This document shows, piece after piece, positions 22,497 to 32,786 of a stretch of 64,000 nucleotides of DNA; the first letter of the stretch is position 1; every line of letters begins with the position of its first letter. Source of the DNA: an uncultured Verrucomicrobiae bacterium (GTDB lineage: Bacteria > Verrucomicrobiota > Verrucomicrobiia > Limisphaerales > JAFGQR01). The notes beneath the pieces are model-generated. The model searched no databases. It saw only the letters and a list, made by a program, of their open reading frames with translations, and was not told the origin of the DNA. Position numbers and translations under genes: made by a program. The stretch is taken from positions 182,728 to 246,727 of the forward strand of contig CAWBHS010000038.1 in the NCBI GenBank assembly GCA_963788655.1, given 5' to 3'.

Positions 22497-23312
22497 CTAC
22501 GGGGCCGGGCGCCGATGCACTTTGTAAATGGCCGCCTGGTCAGTCGGTTTGATGACAAGTTCGTCGATGCATACGTGCGCCGGGCGGCTGGCTACCCAGA
22601 CCAGCGTCTCGGCAATGTCTTCGCCTGTCAGCGGGACCATGCCGTCATAAACCTTTTTGGAGCGCTCGGCATCGCCGTCGAAGCGCACCAGCGAAAACTC
22701 CGTTTCCACAAAACCGGGATCAATTGTGCAGACCCGCACCGGCTTGCCGCAAAGTTCGAGCCGCAAGGCCTGGGTGATGGCGCGTTCGCCATGCTTGGCC
22801 GCACAATAGGCGGAACCGTTTTCGTAGGCGAGACGCCCGGCAATCGAGCCAATGTTCAGGATGCAACTGCCGGGATTGTCAGTCATCAGCGGCAGACAGG
22901 CGCGGGTCATGCGCAACAAACCGAGCACGTTCGTTTGCACCATGAATTCCCAATCCGCATCCTTGCCGGTGGCCACGGGATCGAACCCTTTGGCGCCGCC
23001 GGCGTTGTTGACCAGCACGTCCAGTTGCGGCGGATGGGACGCCTGGGGGGTGAGGTTGACGAGCTGCTCCTTGGCCCACTGGACAAACGCCTCCACACTG
23101 GGCGTCTGGCTGACATCGAGTTCGCGAAACACGGCATGGGGTGCGCCAGCCTTTTGCGCTTCGGCGGCGACGGTTTTCAAGCGGTCCAGCCGACGCGCGC
23201 CCAGCAGCACATTGGCGCCGGCAGCACCGAACGCGTTGGCGGCGGCGGCGCCAATACCGCTCGAGGCGCCCGTGATCAAAATCCATTTGTTGGCAAGTGA
23301 TGAAGACATCAT
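22497..23312 (-). CDS. SDR oxidoreductase (YdfG-like)
   Basis: TGASSGIG, LVNNAG, YCAAK, DPGFVETEFSLVRF. Confidence 0.9.
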   Translation of the reverse strand: MMSSSLANKWILITGASSGIGAAAANAFGAAGANVLLGARRLDRLKTVAAEAQKAGAPHAVFRELDVSQTPSVEAFVQWAKEQLVNLTPQASHPPQLDVLVNNAGGAKGFDPVATGKDADWEFMVQTNVLGLLRMTRACLPLMTDNPGSCILNIGSIAGRLAYENGSAYCAAKHGERAITQALRLELCGKPVRVCTIDPGFVETEFSLVRFDGDAERSKKVYDGMVPLTGEDIAETLVWVASRPAHVCIDELVIKPTDQAAIYKVHRRPAP

Positions 23313-23506
23313 GACCGTCATCATGGGTGCGTCATCGCAACGGTCAAGTCAAAGGATAGATTACACGGCTAAGCTCAGAGAGCGCGCCTGTCACGGCCAT
23401 CCAGCGTGGGCGGCGCTTGGTAGCACCCGCCACGGGCGCTCTCCTCCCTTCAAGTCACGTATAGTTTCTCCCCTTCAACTCTTCAACCATTCAACCACTC
23501 ATTCGC

Positions 23507-25129
23507 TTAGGCCAATCCCGGCACCGCTTCCTTCCCATTGGCTGCAAACGGCAGCGGCGATAAGGGAATGCCCGGATTCCGTTCCATGAAATATCCACAG
23601 GTCCAGTCCTCGGGAAACAGGATGACGGTTTGACCTTGCGCATCTTTGGCCAGGCGCGCGCCGGTAGGCAGCAAGGAATCCGTGAGTGCTTGCGGAGTTA
23701 CGTCTGGCGAAACCCAGCGCAGCAGATTCCACGGACCTTTCTCCAGCCGCGATTCGGCGCCGTATTCGCTTTGCAGGCGGTATTGCACGACTTCGAATTG
23801 CAGCGGACCGACCGCGGCCAGCAAGGGCACCCGTTGCGTGGAATTTTCCAAGTAAAGCGCCTGGACCACGCCTTCCTGAAGAAGTTGATCGAGCCCGGTA
23901 CGGAAACGTTTGAACTGCGCGGTGTTGGGGCTGTGCAGCCAGGCAAAATGCTCCGGCGAAAATCGCGGCATTTCGGGAAAGACAATCGCGGCATCCTCCG
24001 TAAGCGTGTCGCCGATCCCAAAGTCCGAATGGCCCACCACGCCCAGCACGTCGCCGGGATACGCCTCATCGACGGTTTCGCGGTCCTGCCCAAAAAGCTT
24101 GTGCGAACTCGAAAGACGCAGACGCCGTCCCGTACGCGCATGGATGACGCTCATGTCGCGAGTGAACTTGCCGGAACACACCCGCACGAACGCCAAGCGG
24201 TCGCGATGCCGGGGATCCATATTGGCCTGGATCTTGAAGATGAAGCCGGAGAACACCGGCTGTTCCGGGGCAATCACTTGATTGAGCGCCGTGCGCGCCC
24301 GCGGCGGTGAAGCATACTCGAGAAAAGAATCCAACAGCAATTGCACGCCGAAGTTATTGACGGCGCTGCCGAAGAAGACCGGGGTCAGTTGGCCGGCGAG
24401 CACGGCCGCCGGATCGAACGTGGCTCCGGCACCTTCGAGCATGGCCAGTTCGTCAACGATCTTGGCGTGGGTAGCCTCGTCCAAACGAGCGCGCACTTCT
24501 TCATCGTTCAATCCGAGAATGTCCACCGGCGCGCGATAGGCGCCGCCCGGCACGCGTTCGAAGAAATGGACCTGTTGCCGCAAGCGGTCGAAGACTCCGG
24601 CAAAGTCCGTCCCATTGCCCAGCGGCCAGTTCATCGGGTAAGCATGGATTTGCAACACGCTTTCCAGTTCATCGAGCAGGGCCAGCGGATCCCGCGTCGG
24701 GCGGTCCAGCTTGTTCATGAACGTGAAGATCGGGATGTGCCGCAGTCGGCAAATCTCGAACAGTTTGCGGGTCTGGCTTTCGACCCCTTTGCCGGCATCG
24801 ATCACCATCACCACGGCGTCCACCGCCATCAGCACCCGGTAGGTGTCTTCCGAAAAATCCTTGTGGCCGGGTGTGTCCAGGAGATTGACCCGGAAACCGT
24901 GGTAGTCGAATTGCAGCACGGTCGAGCTGACCGAGATGCCGCGCTGACGTTCCAGTTCCATCCAGTCCGACGTGGTGGCCCGCTGGTTCTTGCGCGCCGT
25001 CACCGACCCGGCCAACTGCACCGCGCCGCCGTATAACAGCAACTTCTCGGTTAAGGTCGTTTTGCCGGCGTCCGGGTGCGAAATGATTGCAAACGTTCGC
25101 CGCCGGGCAATTTGTTGTTTCAAAGGCAT
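23507..25129 (-). CDS. prfC: Peptide chain release factor 3
   Basis: RRRTFAIISHPDAGKTTLTEKLLLYGGA, SDWMELE, DTPGHKDFSEDTYR, NKLD, FKIQANMDPRHRDR. Confidence 0.97.
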   Translation of the reverse strand: MPLKQQIARRRTFAIISHPDAGKTTLTEKLLLYGGAVQLAGSVTARKNQRATTSDWMELERQRGISVSSTVLQFDYHGFRVNLLDTPGHKDFSEDTYRVLMAVDAVVMVIDAGKGVESQTRKLFEICRLRHIPIFTFMNKLDRPTRDPLALLDELESVLQIHAYPMNWPLGNGTDFAGVFDRLRQQVHFFERVPGGAYRAPVDILGLNDEEVRARLDEATHAKIVDELAMLEGAGATFDPAAVLAGQLTPVFFGSAVNNFGVQLLLDSFLEYASPPRARTALNQVIAPEQPVFSGFIFKIQANMDPRHRDRLAFVRVCSGKFTRDMSVIHARTGRRLRLSSSHKLFGQDRETVDEAYPGDVLGVVGHSDFGIGDTLTEDAAIVFPEMPRFSPEHFAWLHSPNTAQFKRFRTGLDQLLQEGVVQALYLENSTQRVPLLAAVGPLQFEVVQYRLQSEYGAESRLEKGPWNLLRWVSPDVTPQALTDSLLPTGARLAKDAQGQTVILFPEDWTCGYFMERNPGIPLSPLPFAANGKEAVPGLA

Positions 25130-25627
25130 AATGTGTTCAAAACTTGTTCTTCCTCCGCGGTGACCATTGGGCAATTGATTCCTTCCGTCGGGAAGTGAAC
25201 CAGATTCGGGGTCGGCTCCATCGACCGCCTTGGGAAGCGGTCACAGAACCGGAAGACTCAGCCGGCCGAAGCCGTTCAATCCGCGGAGGAATTCGAGTGA
25301 AACGACGCCGTCCCGAGTCTGCCTGAAGGGGCGGACTAGGGCGGAGTGCAACCCGTCCAAGCCGTTGGCTGGCAGGTTACGAAAGAGGCCGTCACGTCCG
25401 TCGGAACGCGGCGCAAGTCGTTGACCATTGCAAAACTCACGAGCGTGAATGTAACCAACCGTCGCCGGTGGGCAAGTTTTCTTTTAACGGGCGGATTAGT
25501 GGTCAGAATATAGCTGAAGCTCAAGAATTGAAGTGAAGTTAAAGGGACGCTGTGTTCGTGACTGCGCAGCGGGAATGGAAAGAAATTTGCCTTCACTCTT
25601 TTAGACCGGTCCGCCACAGTACGGTCC

Positions 25628-26335
25628 ATGACCAATCCAATCATTGTCGCCCTGGACGTTCCCACGGCGGAAAGGGCTTGGGCGTTGGCGGAAGAACTGG
25701 CGCCGGTTGTTGGGGCGTTCAAGATCGGCAGCGAACTGTTCACCAGCGCCGGACCGGACATTGTCCGCCGCATTCGGGCGACGGGTGCGGCAGTGTTCCT
25801 GGATTTGAAATTTCATGACATTCCCAACACCGTCGCCAAAGCGGTCGCCGCCGCCGTGCGCCTCGAAGTACAAATGTTGACCATTCATACCAGCGGCGGG
25901 CTGGCGATGATGTTCGCCGCCGAAGCTGCGGCCCGGGAAATGGCCCAGGAACTGGACCACCCGCTGCCCTTGATCCTGGGGGTAACGGTTTTGACCAGCA
26001 TGGACAGCCAGGCGTTGGTCGAACTCGGGCTGGATTCCAGCGTGGGCAAGCAGGTCGAACGATTGGTCGGCTTGGCCGTCCAAGCCGGACTGCGCGGCCT
26101 GGTGTGCTCGCCGCTCGAAGTGGCGGGCTTGCGCCAGTTGCTGCCGGCTGAAATGCAACTCGTCACCCCCGGCATTCGCGGTCCCGAAGACGCGGCCGGT
26201 GACCAGAAGCGCACGTTGAGCGCGAGCGAGGCCATGGCTGCCGGAGCCAATTGGCTCGTCATTGGCCGGCCTATTTATGCCGCGCCGAGTCCGCGGGCGG
26301 CGGCGGAGAAAATATTGGGCACGCTGGGCGATTAG
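25628..26335 (+). CDS. pyrF: Orotidine-5'-phosphate decarboxylase
   Basis: IVALD, FLDLKFHDIPNTV, VTVLTS, TPGIR, DQKR, VIGRPI. Confidence 0.97.
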   Translation: MTNPIIVALDVPTAERAWALAEELAPVVGAFKIGSELFTSAGPDIVRRIRATGAAVFLDLKFHDIPNTVAKAVAAAVRLEVQMLTIHTSGGLAMMFAAEAAAREMAQELDHPLPLILGVTVLTSMDSQALVELGLDSSVGKQVERLVGLAVQAGLRGLVCSPLEVAGLRQLLPAEMQLVTPGIRGPEDAAGDQKRTLSASEAMAAGANWLVIGRPIYAAPSPRAAAEKILGTLGD

Positions 26336-26468
26336 CGTTGAAGACCGAAGGCCGAAATTCGCAATCCGCTAGAAACGCAAAGCGCGAATGCCGAAAATCC
26401 AGAATGGCGTCACTTTGATTGGCTGGTGCTCGACTGGCTGGAGTTTCAAGGCGCCTTCCAGTAACGAG

Positions 26469-26610
26469 ATGAAGACTGCGTCAATTATCCTGGTGATGAT
26501 TCTGGCGGGTTGCGTCACCAGCGAGGGGGCCACCAACGACTCCGTGTTGGCCAAGGCAGCTCGCGGCATCGAAGCCCATCGAAAAGGTCAGGCGACAATT
26601 CATTGGCAGC
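26469..26610 (+). pseudogene. Orphan N-terminal fragment of a secreted protein, truncated at a REP
   Basis: Signal peptide MKTASIILVMILAG, then AARGIEAHRKG, reminiscent of GH10-type N-termini. Confidence 0.4.
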
Positions 26611-26769
26611 GAACGACCGTTAGGTTTTGGAGTGCGGCAGTCCTCTGCCGCTGTCGAACGTAACGCCATCGCTCGAAAGCGGCAGAGGACTGCCGCACTC
26701 CAAGACGCTACCGCGTTGGCGCCAGCCCGAACCCATCCACCCCGGCTCCTTGGTCAGTCTCGAGCAAAT

Positions 26770-29607
26770 TCAGTTTGTTCGTTTATTGGTAATACCACCC
26801 ACGTCAACCCGGGAGATGGGTTGTCCGTCCGCATCCAGACGAAGCACGGTAACGAACGCGGTGGTCGTCGTTCCGGCAAAACCAGTTGTTGCGCCTGGTC
26901 TGCCGTCGAACATGGGATCGTTGCGGATGATGATTACGTCGCTGCCCCCATCCATGCGCTGGACGCGAACGCCAGTGGCGGGGATGGGCCCGCTGGTCGT
27001 CAGTGGCTCGATCGACTTCACGAGGTCAATCTCCTGGTAGGGATCGATGAGGCAGACAAACGTGGCGTCGTTCCCCGTCTGACGGAGAATGGCTTGCTGG
27101 CGATCGCCCGGAACGTTGCCGGTGAACACCTTCATACCGGGAGCGGGCCGGACCCAGGTTTTGACTTCAGTGGCCGGGTGACCGTGGCGTTCATTGGGCG
27201 CTGCCGCGTCGGGATTGGGTTTGGTTGCGTTTCGCGACCAAATGCCGGTCCATTGGCCCGGCACTGGTTGGGGGCCGATGGCTAGAACATTGCGGTACCC
27301 CGGCGTGGTATCGGCCATGGGCCGAAGGGTGGCCCGGTCGATGCCTTGCATCCGGTCGAGCTGGCCGCGGAAACAGAGCGGGTAATCGAACACGTGCTGC
27401 GCCGGACCCCAGGCCCGATAGACATCGAGGAGGTACCCGGGCATTTGGATAACGGTTCGGTCCAGCGCCACTCCGGCGTAAGCGCCCGCCGCCTGGGCCC
27501 GTATCACCTTCACGCCGCCTTCGTCCGCGAAGCAAATCAGCCGACCCGAAGTGGGATTCTGCGAATGCTCGTCAATGCTCAAGGTCCAGTGGGCAATGCT
27601 GGTCTTGGTCCAGTTGGCATGCCGGTCGTCTTCGTAACGGAAAAACTGCGGTTCACCCGCAAGTTCGTCACCGTCGGCGAACAGGATGAGGTTGAGTTTA
27701 TCGTAGTGGCCATGGACGCCTCCGTGCGGGCCGTAGTCCATCAGGAGAAAGGTTTCGCCGCCGGCGTCCTGGCCGCGGAGGATGGCATAGCCCAACTTGT
27801 CGAAAACGAGCGAGCGTTGGCCCTTTACGGGCACTTCGGGCAGCGGTTCGTAAATTCGGGTGGGGAAGTAGCAGGCGGGCGATTGATGGAGCTGCCGGGG
27901 CGTCTGGTTGATGGTGTGGGCATAGTTCGGATCACCATAGCGCAAATAGGCGTAGTCGAACGCCATTGCCGTCCATCCGCTGCCCACTGGGGCGCGGCTG
28001 GAATCGTTGATGCCCGGGCTGGTGCCATCGGGATACGCGTAGGCAAATTCGGAGTCGAAGAGATTTTTGAACGCGTTCGTTTTGTAGCTCCACAGGTCAA
28101 TGCCTTTGCACGCCAGCGCCTCGAGCCCGCCAACCATGGCGTGCCGGGCGAATTGCTGGTAACCGATGGCGCCTTCGCCCCACATGCCGTCCTCCCCAAT
28201 GCCGTTTTCGAGCATGTACTTCAACCCGTCGGCGCCCACGTCGATCCAGTCCTGATCTCCGAGCACACTGCCGCCCTGAACGAAGGCCAGATTGTAAAAA
28301 GCCGTCCAGTTGCCCAGCGCGCCCGAGCGCGTTTTCTTCGGCGCCGGATCGGTCCGCCAATTGGGATTCGCTTTCGTTTTGGCGGCGACCGTTTCGGCTG
28401 CCGGCGTCTTCCGGTTGATGAACGTGAGGGCACACCGGATGAGGTCTCGCTCAATGAGCGTTCGGTCGGCGGCGGAAAACGCCTTGCTGTCCGCGGTCAA
28501 ATCGTAAGCCTGAATGAGCGGGATCAACCACATGGCTTCGCTCAAACGTTGGGCCATCACTTTCGAGGTGTCGCTGCCGTTGACACCTTTGTGTTCCTGG
28601 TAATCGTTGGGATAGAGGCGGGCGTAACCGACCAGGATTTCGCGCACGCGTTCCGCATATTTCCGGTCCCCAGTAATGCGGTAAGCGTAACCGCAAATAC
28701 CGGCTTGTTTCGAAAGGGCGTCATGGGCTTGGGCCGCCGCATCGCCGCGGCTCTTGATCTGCGCAGGCATCTTCGGATCCGGATGAATGACGGGATGGTC
28801 CAGGTATTGGTCGGCGCTCGCAATGATTCCGTCGAGCACGGGCTGGCCGCGCGGACTTTGGCGCATCCTGGCAAACAGCGTCTGCCATCCCTCGGCCGTC
28901 AGGTAAATGCCCGGTCGCTCTTCCAACGGAATGGGCTTCGGCAACGTGACGGCAACCTCCGAGTAATCGTTGCGCGGCGGCCGACTGCGGATGTCGCGCG
29001 GCAGATCCGGATTGAAGTTCGGAACCGTGAGATACGGCGCCAAGTCGGCCGAAGTTACCACCTCGATCTCGCCGAAACCACCCCACCCGCATGGCTGACC
29101 GTTCTTCATTAGGCCCCCCGGATGATTGTTCCGGACAGTGACTTCGATCCAACTCGCTTTCCGTCCGCCCAGATCCAGCGTCTGGCGCGGCTTGGGCTGA
29201 CCGCGTTTCGCGGGCTCCTTGGCCAGTGTCTTCGCAAACGTGGTGCCATCGGACAGCTTGACTTCGACGTCGCAGGGGCACTGTTCCGAGGCGTAGTCAC
29301 TGTCAATGAAATGAATCGCATCGAGCGACAATTCAGCGACCAGATCGATGTGGAACCGATACGGGGCGCCGGTGATGACCTGCCGCGAGTGAACATTGCC
29401 GTCCACCACGTCCGGCGGGAAGGTCTGGCGATCCTTGATCACCTTTTCGTCCAGCAGTTCGAGGCGAATCCGCCCGCCGTTATCCAGCCGGGCGGCGTTG
29501 TGGGCCTGGATGTCCCGATCCGCCTGGCGCGGATCCACCCGGTTTGGCGCTGCCCAGACGGAACCGCCAATCATCAACAAAGCAAAGAACGTTACACGTG
29601 TCATCAT
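26770..29607 (-). CDS. Heparinase II/III-like / alginate lyase (PL17-like) with N-terminal beta-sandwich domain
   Basis: Signal MMTRVTFFALL; QRLSEAMW, DGMWGEG, PGINDS, DYGPHGGVHGHYDKLNL. Confidence 0.8.
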   Translation of the reverse strand: MMTRVTFFALLMIGGSVWAAPNRVDPRQADRDIQAHNAARLDNGGRIRLELLDEKVIKDRQTFPPDVVDGNVHSRQVITGAPYRFHIDLVAELSLDAIHFIDSDYASEQCPCDVEVKLSDGTTFAKTLAKEPAKRGQPKPRQTLDLGGRKASWIEVTVRNNHPGGLMKNGQPCGWGGFGEIEVVTSADLAPYLTVPNFNPDLPRDIRSRPPRNDYSEVAVTLPKPIPLEERPGIYLTAEGWQTLFARMRQSPRGQPVLDGIIASADQYLDHPVIHPDPKMPAQIKSRGDAAAQAHDALSKQAGICGYAYRITGDRKYAERVREILVGYARLYPNDYQEHKGVNGSDTSKVMAQRLSEAMWLIPLIQAYDLTADSKAFSAADRTLIERDLIRCALTFINRKTPAAETVAAKTKANPNWRTDPAPKKTRSGALGNWTAFYNLAFVQGGSVLGDQDWIDVGADGLKYMLENGIGEDGMWGEGAIGYQQFARHAMVGGLEALACKGIDLWSYKTNAFKNLFDSEFAYAYPDGTSPGINDSSRAPVGSGWTAMAFDYAYLRYGDPNYAHTINQTPRQLHQSPACYFPTRIYEPLPEVPVKGQRSLVFDKLGYAILRGQDAGGETFLLMDYGPHGGVHGHYDKLNLILFADGDELAGEPQFFRYEDDRHANWTKTSIAHWTLSIDEHSQNPTSGRLICFADEGGVKVIRAQAAGAYAGVALDRTVIQMPGYLLDVYRAWGPAQHVFDYPLCFRGQLDRMQGIDRATLRPMADTTPGYRNVLAIGPQPVPGQWTGIWSRNATKPNPDAAAPNERHGHPATEVKTWVRPAPGMKVFTGNVPGDRQQAILRQTGNDATFVCLIDPYQEIDLVKSIEPLTTSGPIPATGVRVQRMDGGSDVIIIRNDPMFDGRPGATTGFAGTTTTAFVTVLRLDADGQPISRVDVGGITNKRTN

Positions 29608-29769
29608 GGTTTCAGGAAATACCTTAAGGGCGGCGCTATTTAAGTTAAAGTCGAAAACGATGCTTTGTCCAAAACCGCCCGGCCCGCCCGCATTAACTTG
29701 CTGCCGCAGCCCCTCAAGAAATGGCCAAGGATCAATGCTCCTTGACCAGTCCCCCATCGGCCAGAAGAA

Positions 29770-29946
29770 CGCAGCCCGAACCGCCCCGGCACTGGGTTTC
29801 AAGGGAGAAAGTCCGCGCGCGATTTCGTACGCGTTCAGGAAGCGCAGGCACTTCACTTCCTTGGGCAGATACTCCTTCGCGAACGTGGTCTTCCCCGCGC
29901 CGTTGGAACCGGCAATCAAATAGATCGTTGGAGGCTGTGCGGGCAT
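29770..29946 (-). pseudogene. Zeta-toxin-like P-loop ATPase N-terminal fragment
   Basis: IYLIAGSNGAGKTTFAKEYLP...FLNAYEIARGLSP. Confidence 0.75.
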
Positions 29947-29949
29947 GGA

Positions 29950-30189
<240 letters not shown>

Positions 30190-30286
30190 CTATCGTTCCG
30201 CGAAATCCTTCTCGCCGCTTCCCAAGCGGCTGGAATCCAAGCGCGCCGCTCTTGTTGAGAAACTTTGGTTAGAGATGAGGCTCGCA

Positions 30287-30493
30287 TCACGTGAACAGTT
30301 GCCGAACCTTGGCTTTGGTTTCATCCAGTTTCGGGTTCTTCACCTTGCCGGCAGTGTAGAGGATCACCGATTGCCCGACCGTGAACAGGCGATTCGGACG
30401 GATGAAGCTGTCCAGAGCGGGACGGCGTTTGCCCGCTTGCAAGTTTGTTTGCGGAAACGGCAGGACGACAACCTCGCCGACTATAGGCTTGCC
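30287..30493 (-). pseudogene. MazF/PemK toxin remnant, internally deleted
   Basis: GEVVVLPFPQTNLQAGKRRPAL joined directly to SFIRPNRLFTV...GKV. Confidence 0.75.
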
Positions 30494-30630
30494 GCGTAGA
30501 GACTGCCCCGAATTCCCTAGTGGCTGAATTCGGTGCCCTTTCGTGACTTCTTGACCTTCGCGATGATGCGAGAATAGTTCCGCATTAGTTCCGTATGGTC
30601 TATCTGACTCACCAAATCCCCAACAAAAAG

Positions 30631-30984
30631 TGGTGGAGGCGGCGGGAATCGAACCCGCGTCCCTAGCCAAGTTGTCAGCAGCGCCTACATGTTTAGCCGG
30701 AAGAGAGTCTCAGCGTTTGGATAACCTTCCGGCACGAATCCATCCGCCCAGTCCGCATGTAAAATCTTCAGGCCATTGCGCGCCGACTCCGCATTGACCC
30801 TAACCTGCTGTGGCGTTCGTCCGGCGTAGCAGGTGTCCACCGGCAAACGTCGCGGCGTAGTTAGGCCGCGAGAGCTAATTCATTGTTAGCAGTTAATTTT
30901 TGACCCGATGATTAACGAGGCCAACGGATCGTCCTCGACATGCCGCCTCTGACGCATCAACCAGGTCGAAACCAGTACGCCCCC
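30631..30984 (-). ncRNA. ssrA: tmRNA
   Basis: 5' GGGGGCG pairs with 3' CGCCTCC-ACCA (G3-U70); T arm GCGGGTTCGATTCCCGC; tag reading frame ANNELALAA* (about 30890-30861). Confidence 0.96.
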
Positions 30985-31266
30985 AGAGACGACGACACTA
31001 TCCGCCCGATTCGTCTGAGGGTCAAGGAAACAGGGTAAAGAGTTCAAAGGTCGAATCCGGACGTTACCCACCGGGCTTAACACCCCGATGGTCTGTCGCC
31101 GCCAGATAATTTGCGCTCCGGGCTCCAGATTGCCAGGCTGCGACGCCAAATTGAAGGTGGGTTCACGGCAAATTCGCTGCGAATTCCTCCTTCACTTCGG
31201 AAGTCAAATCGAACATGCTGTCGCACAACCGCAATAACAATTCGCAACCATAGAAAGCAATTCATC

Positions 31267-32619
31267 ATGAACCGACGACAATTTCTTCAACGCACCGGCT
31301 TGGGCGTAACCCTGTTTAACCTGGCTCCCTCCGTGGGGCTGCACGGAGCCCAGAATGCTTCCCCGAATAACAAGCTCAACCTGGCCGGCATCGGCATCGG
31401 CAGCCGCGGCGGGGCGGACATCGACGCGATGGCGGCCGAGGGGCAGAACTTCGTGGCCTTGTGCGACGTGGACGACAAGTATGCCGCCAATGAGTTCGCG
31501 AAATATCCGCAAGCCAAGCGCTTTAAAGATTACCGAGTGATGCTTGACCGGATAGGCCGCGAGATCGATGGGGTGGTGATCGGCACTCCCGACCACACGC
31601 ACGCCATTATTGCGATGGAAGCCATGAAACGCGGTAAGCACGTCTATTGCGAAAAGCCCCTGGCGCACTCGGTCCAGGAAGTTCGCAAGCTTATGGCCGC
31701 GGCGCACCAGTACAAAGTAGTCACCCAACTTGGGAACCAGGGGCATTCCGACAACTCGATCCGGCGGCTCTGCGAATGGGTTTGGGCGGGCGCCATCGGC
31801 AAGGTCCATACCGTCCACGCGGCGTGCGATGCCTTTCCCGAGGTGTATTGCCAACTCCGGAACCTCGACAAGATCAACCAGCACTACGACGTGCCCAAGA
31901 CGCTGGACTACAACCTCTGGATCGGGCCGGTTCCGTTTCGTCCCTACACCCCGTTCTGGGTGCCTTGGAATTGGCGCGGGTGGTTGCCGTTCGGCACCGG
32001 CACGATTGGCGACTGGTTCTGTCATGTGCTCGATCCGTCGTTCTGGGCCTTGGATCTCGACGCGCCGACCACAGTGCGGGCGGAGGTGACCGGTTACGAT
32101 CCCGTGAAAGACGGGCTAACGTATCCGCCAGGCAGCAAAATTACATTCGAATTTCCAGCCAAAGGGCAGCGCGGCCCCGTCCAAGTAGTTTGGCACGATG
32201 GCAAAACGCGGATTCCGACCCCGAAGAATTTTCCAAACGACGAAAAGGTGCCTGGAACCGGTGGGATTTTGTTCGGGGACAAAGGCATGATTGTCCACGG
32301 TTCGCACGGGGCCGGCGGCTGCCATCTTGTTCCAGACGAACTCATGAATCAATACTCCGGCAAGAACGCGCCTGCGCAAAAAATCCCCCGCGTCAAAAGC
32401 CATGCCTGGGATTGGCTGGAAGCCATTCGCACCGGCCGGCAAGCGGGCAGCAATTTCGATTTCGGCGGGCCGCTCACTGAAACCGCCCTGCTGGGCGCCA
32501 TTGCCATCCGGTTTCCGGGCCAGACCCTCAAGTGGGACACCCGGGCGATGCGCTTCACTAACCACGAGGCGGCCAATGCTTACTTGAATCCGCCGTATCG
32601 CGAGGGCTGGAGCCTGTAA
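31267..32619 (+). CDS. Tat-exported Gfo/Idh/MocA oxidoreductase
   Basis: MNRRQFL, IGIGSRG, ALCDVD, TPDHTH, HVYCEKPL, QLGNQGH, WRGW..FGTG. Confidence 0.92.
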   Translation: MNRRQFLQRTGLGVTLFNLAPSVGLHGAQNASPNNKLNLAGIGIGSRGGADIDAMAAEGQNFVALCDVDDKYAANEFAKYPQAKRFKDYRVMLDRIGREIDGVVIGTPDHTHAIIAMEAMKRGKHVYCEKPLAHSVQEVRKLMAAAHQYKVVTQLGNQGHSDNSIRRLCEWVWAGAIGKVHTVHAACDAFPEVYCQLRNLDKINQHYDVPKTLDYNLWIGPVPFRPYTPFWVPWNWRGWLPFGTGTIGDWFCHVLDPSFWALDLDAPTTVRAEVTGYDPVKDGLTYPPGSKITFEFPAKGQRGPVQVVWHDGKTRIPTPKNFPNDEKVPGTGGILFGDKGMIVHGSHGAGGCHLVPDELMNQYSGKNAPAQKIPRVKSHAWDWLEAIRTGRQAGSNFDFGGPLTETALLGAIAIRFPGQTLKWDTRAMRFTNHEAANAYLNPPYREGWSL

Positions 32620-32786
32620 GTCCTCAGATCGGATGAGTCGGCCAACGTAGGAGGAGGACCAGACGCCTTACTTTCTGGTTCGCCTCTTCACGTTGGCGGC
32701 TACAACCTGGCCGAACTGGACCTCAGAACCGTTCCACGGCAAACAATCTGAAACGGACGGCCGCAAATCACGTCCAATTTCTCGAC

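Noticed and set aside
27346..29112. Long antisense ORFs (also 33235-34620, 49648-50970, 54036-55490)
   Set aside because: Shadow ORFs opposite real genes in GC-rich DNA, with no recognisable motifs.
26770..29946. P-loop ATPase-lyase fusion protein
   Set aside because: The ATPase part is a truncated stub and an internal signal peptide starts at 29607; the in-frame join looks coincidental.
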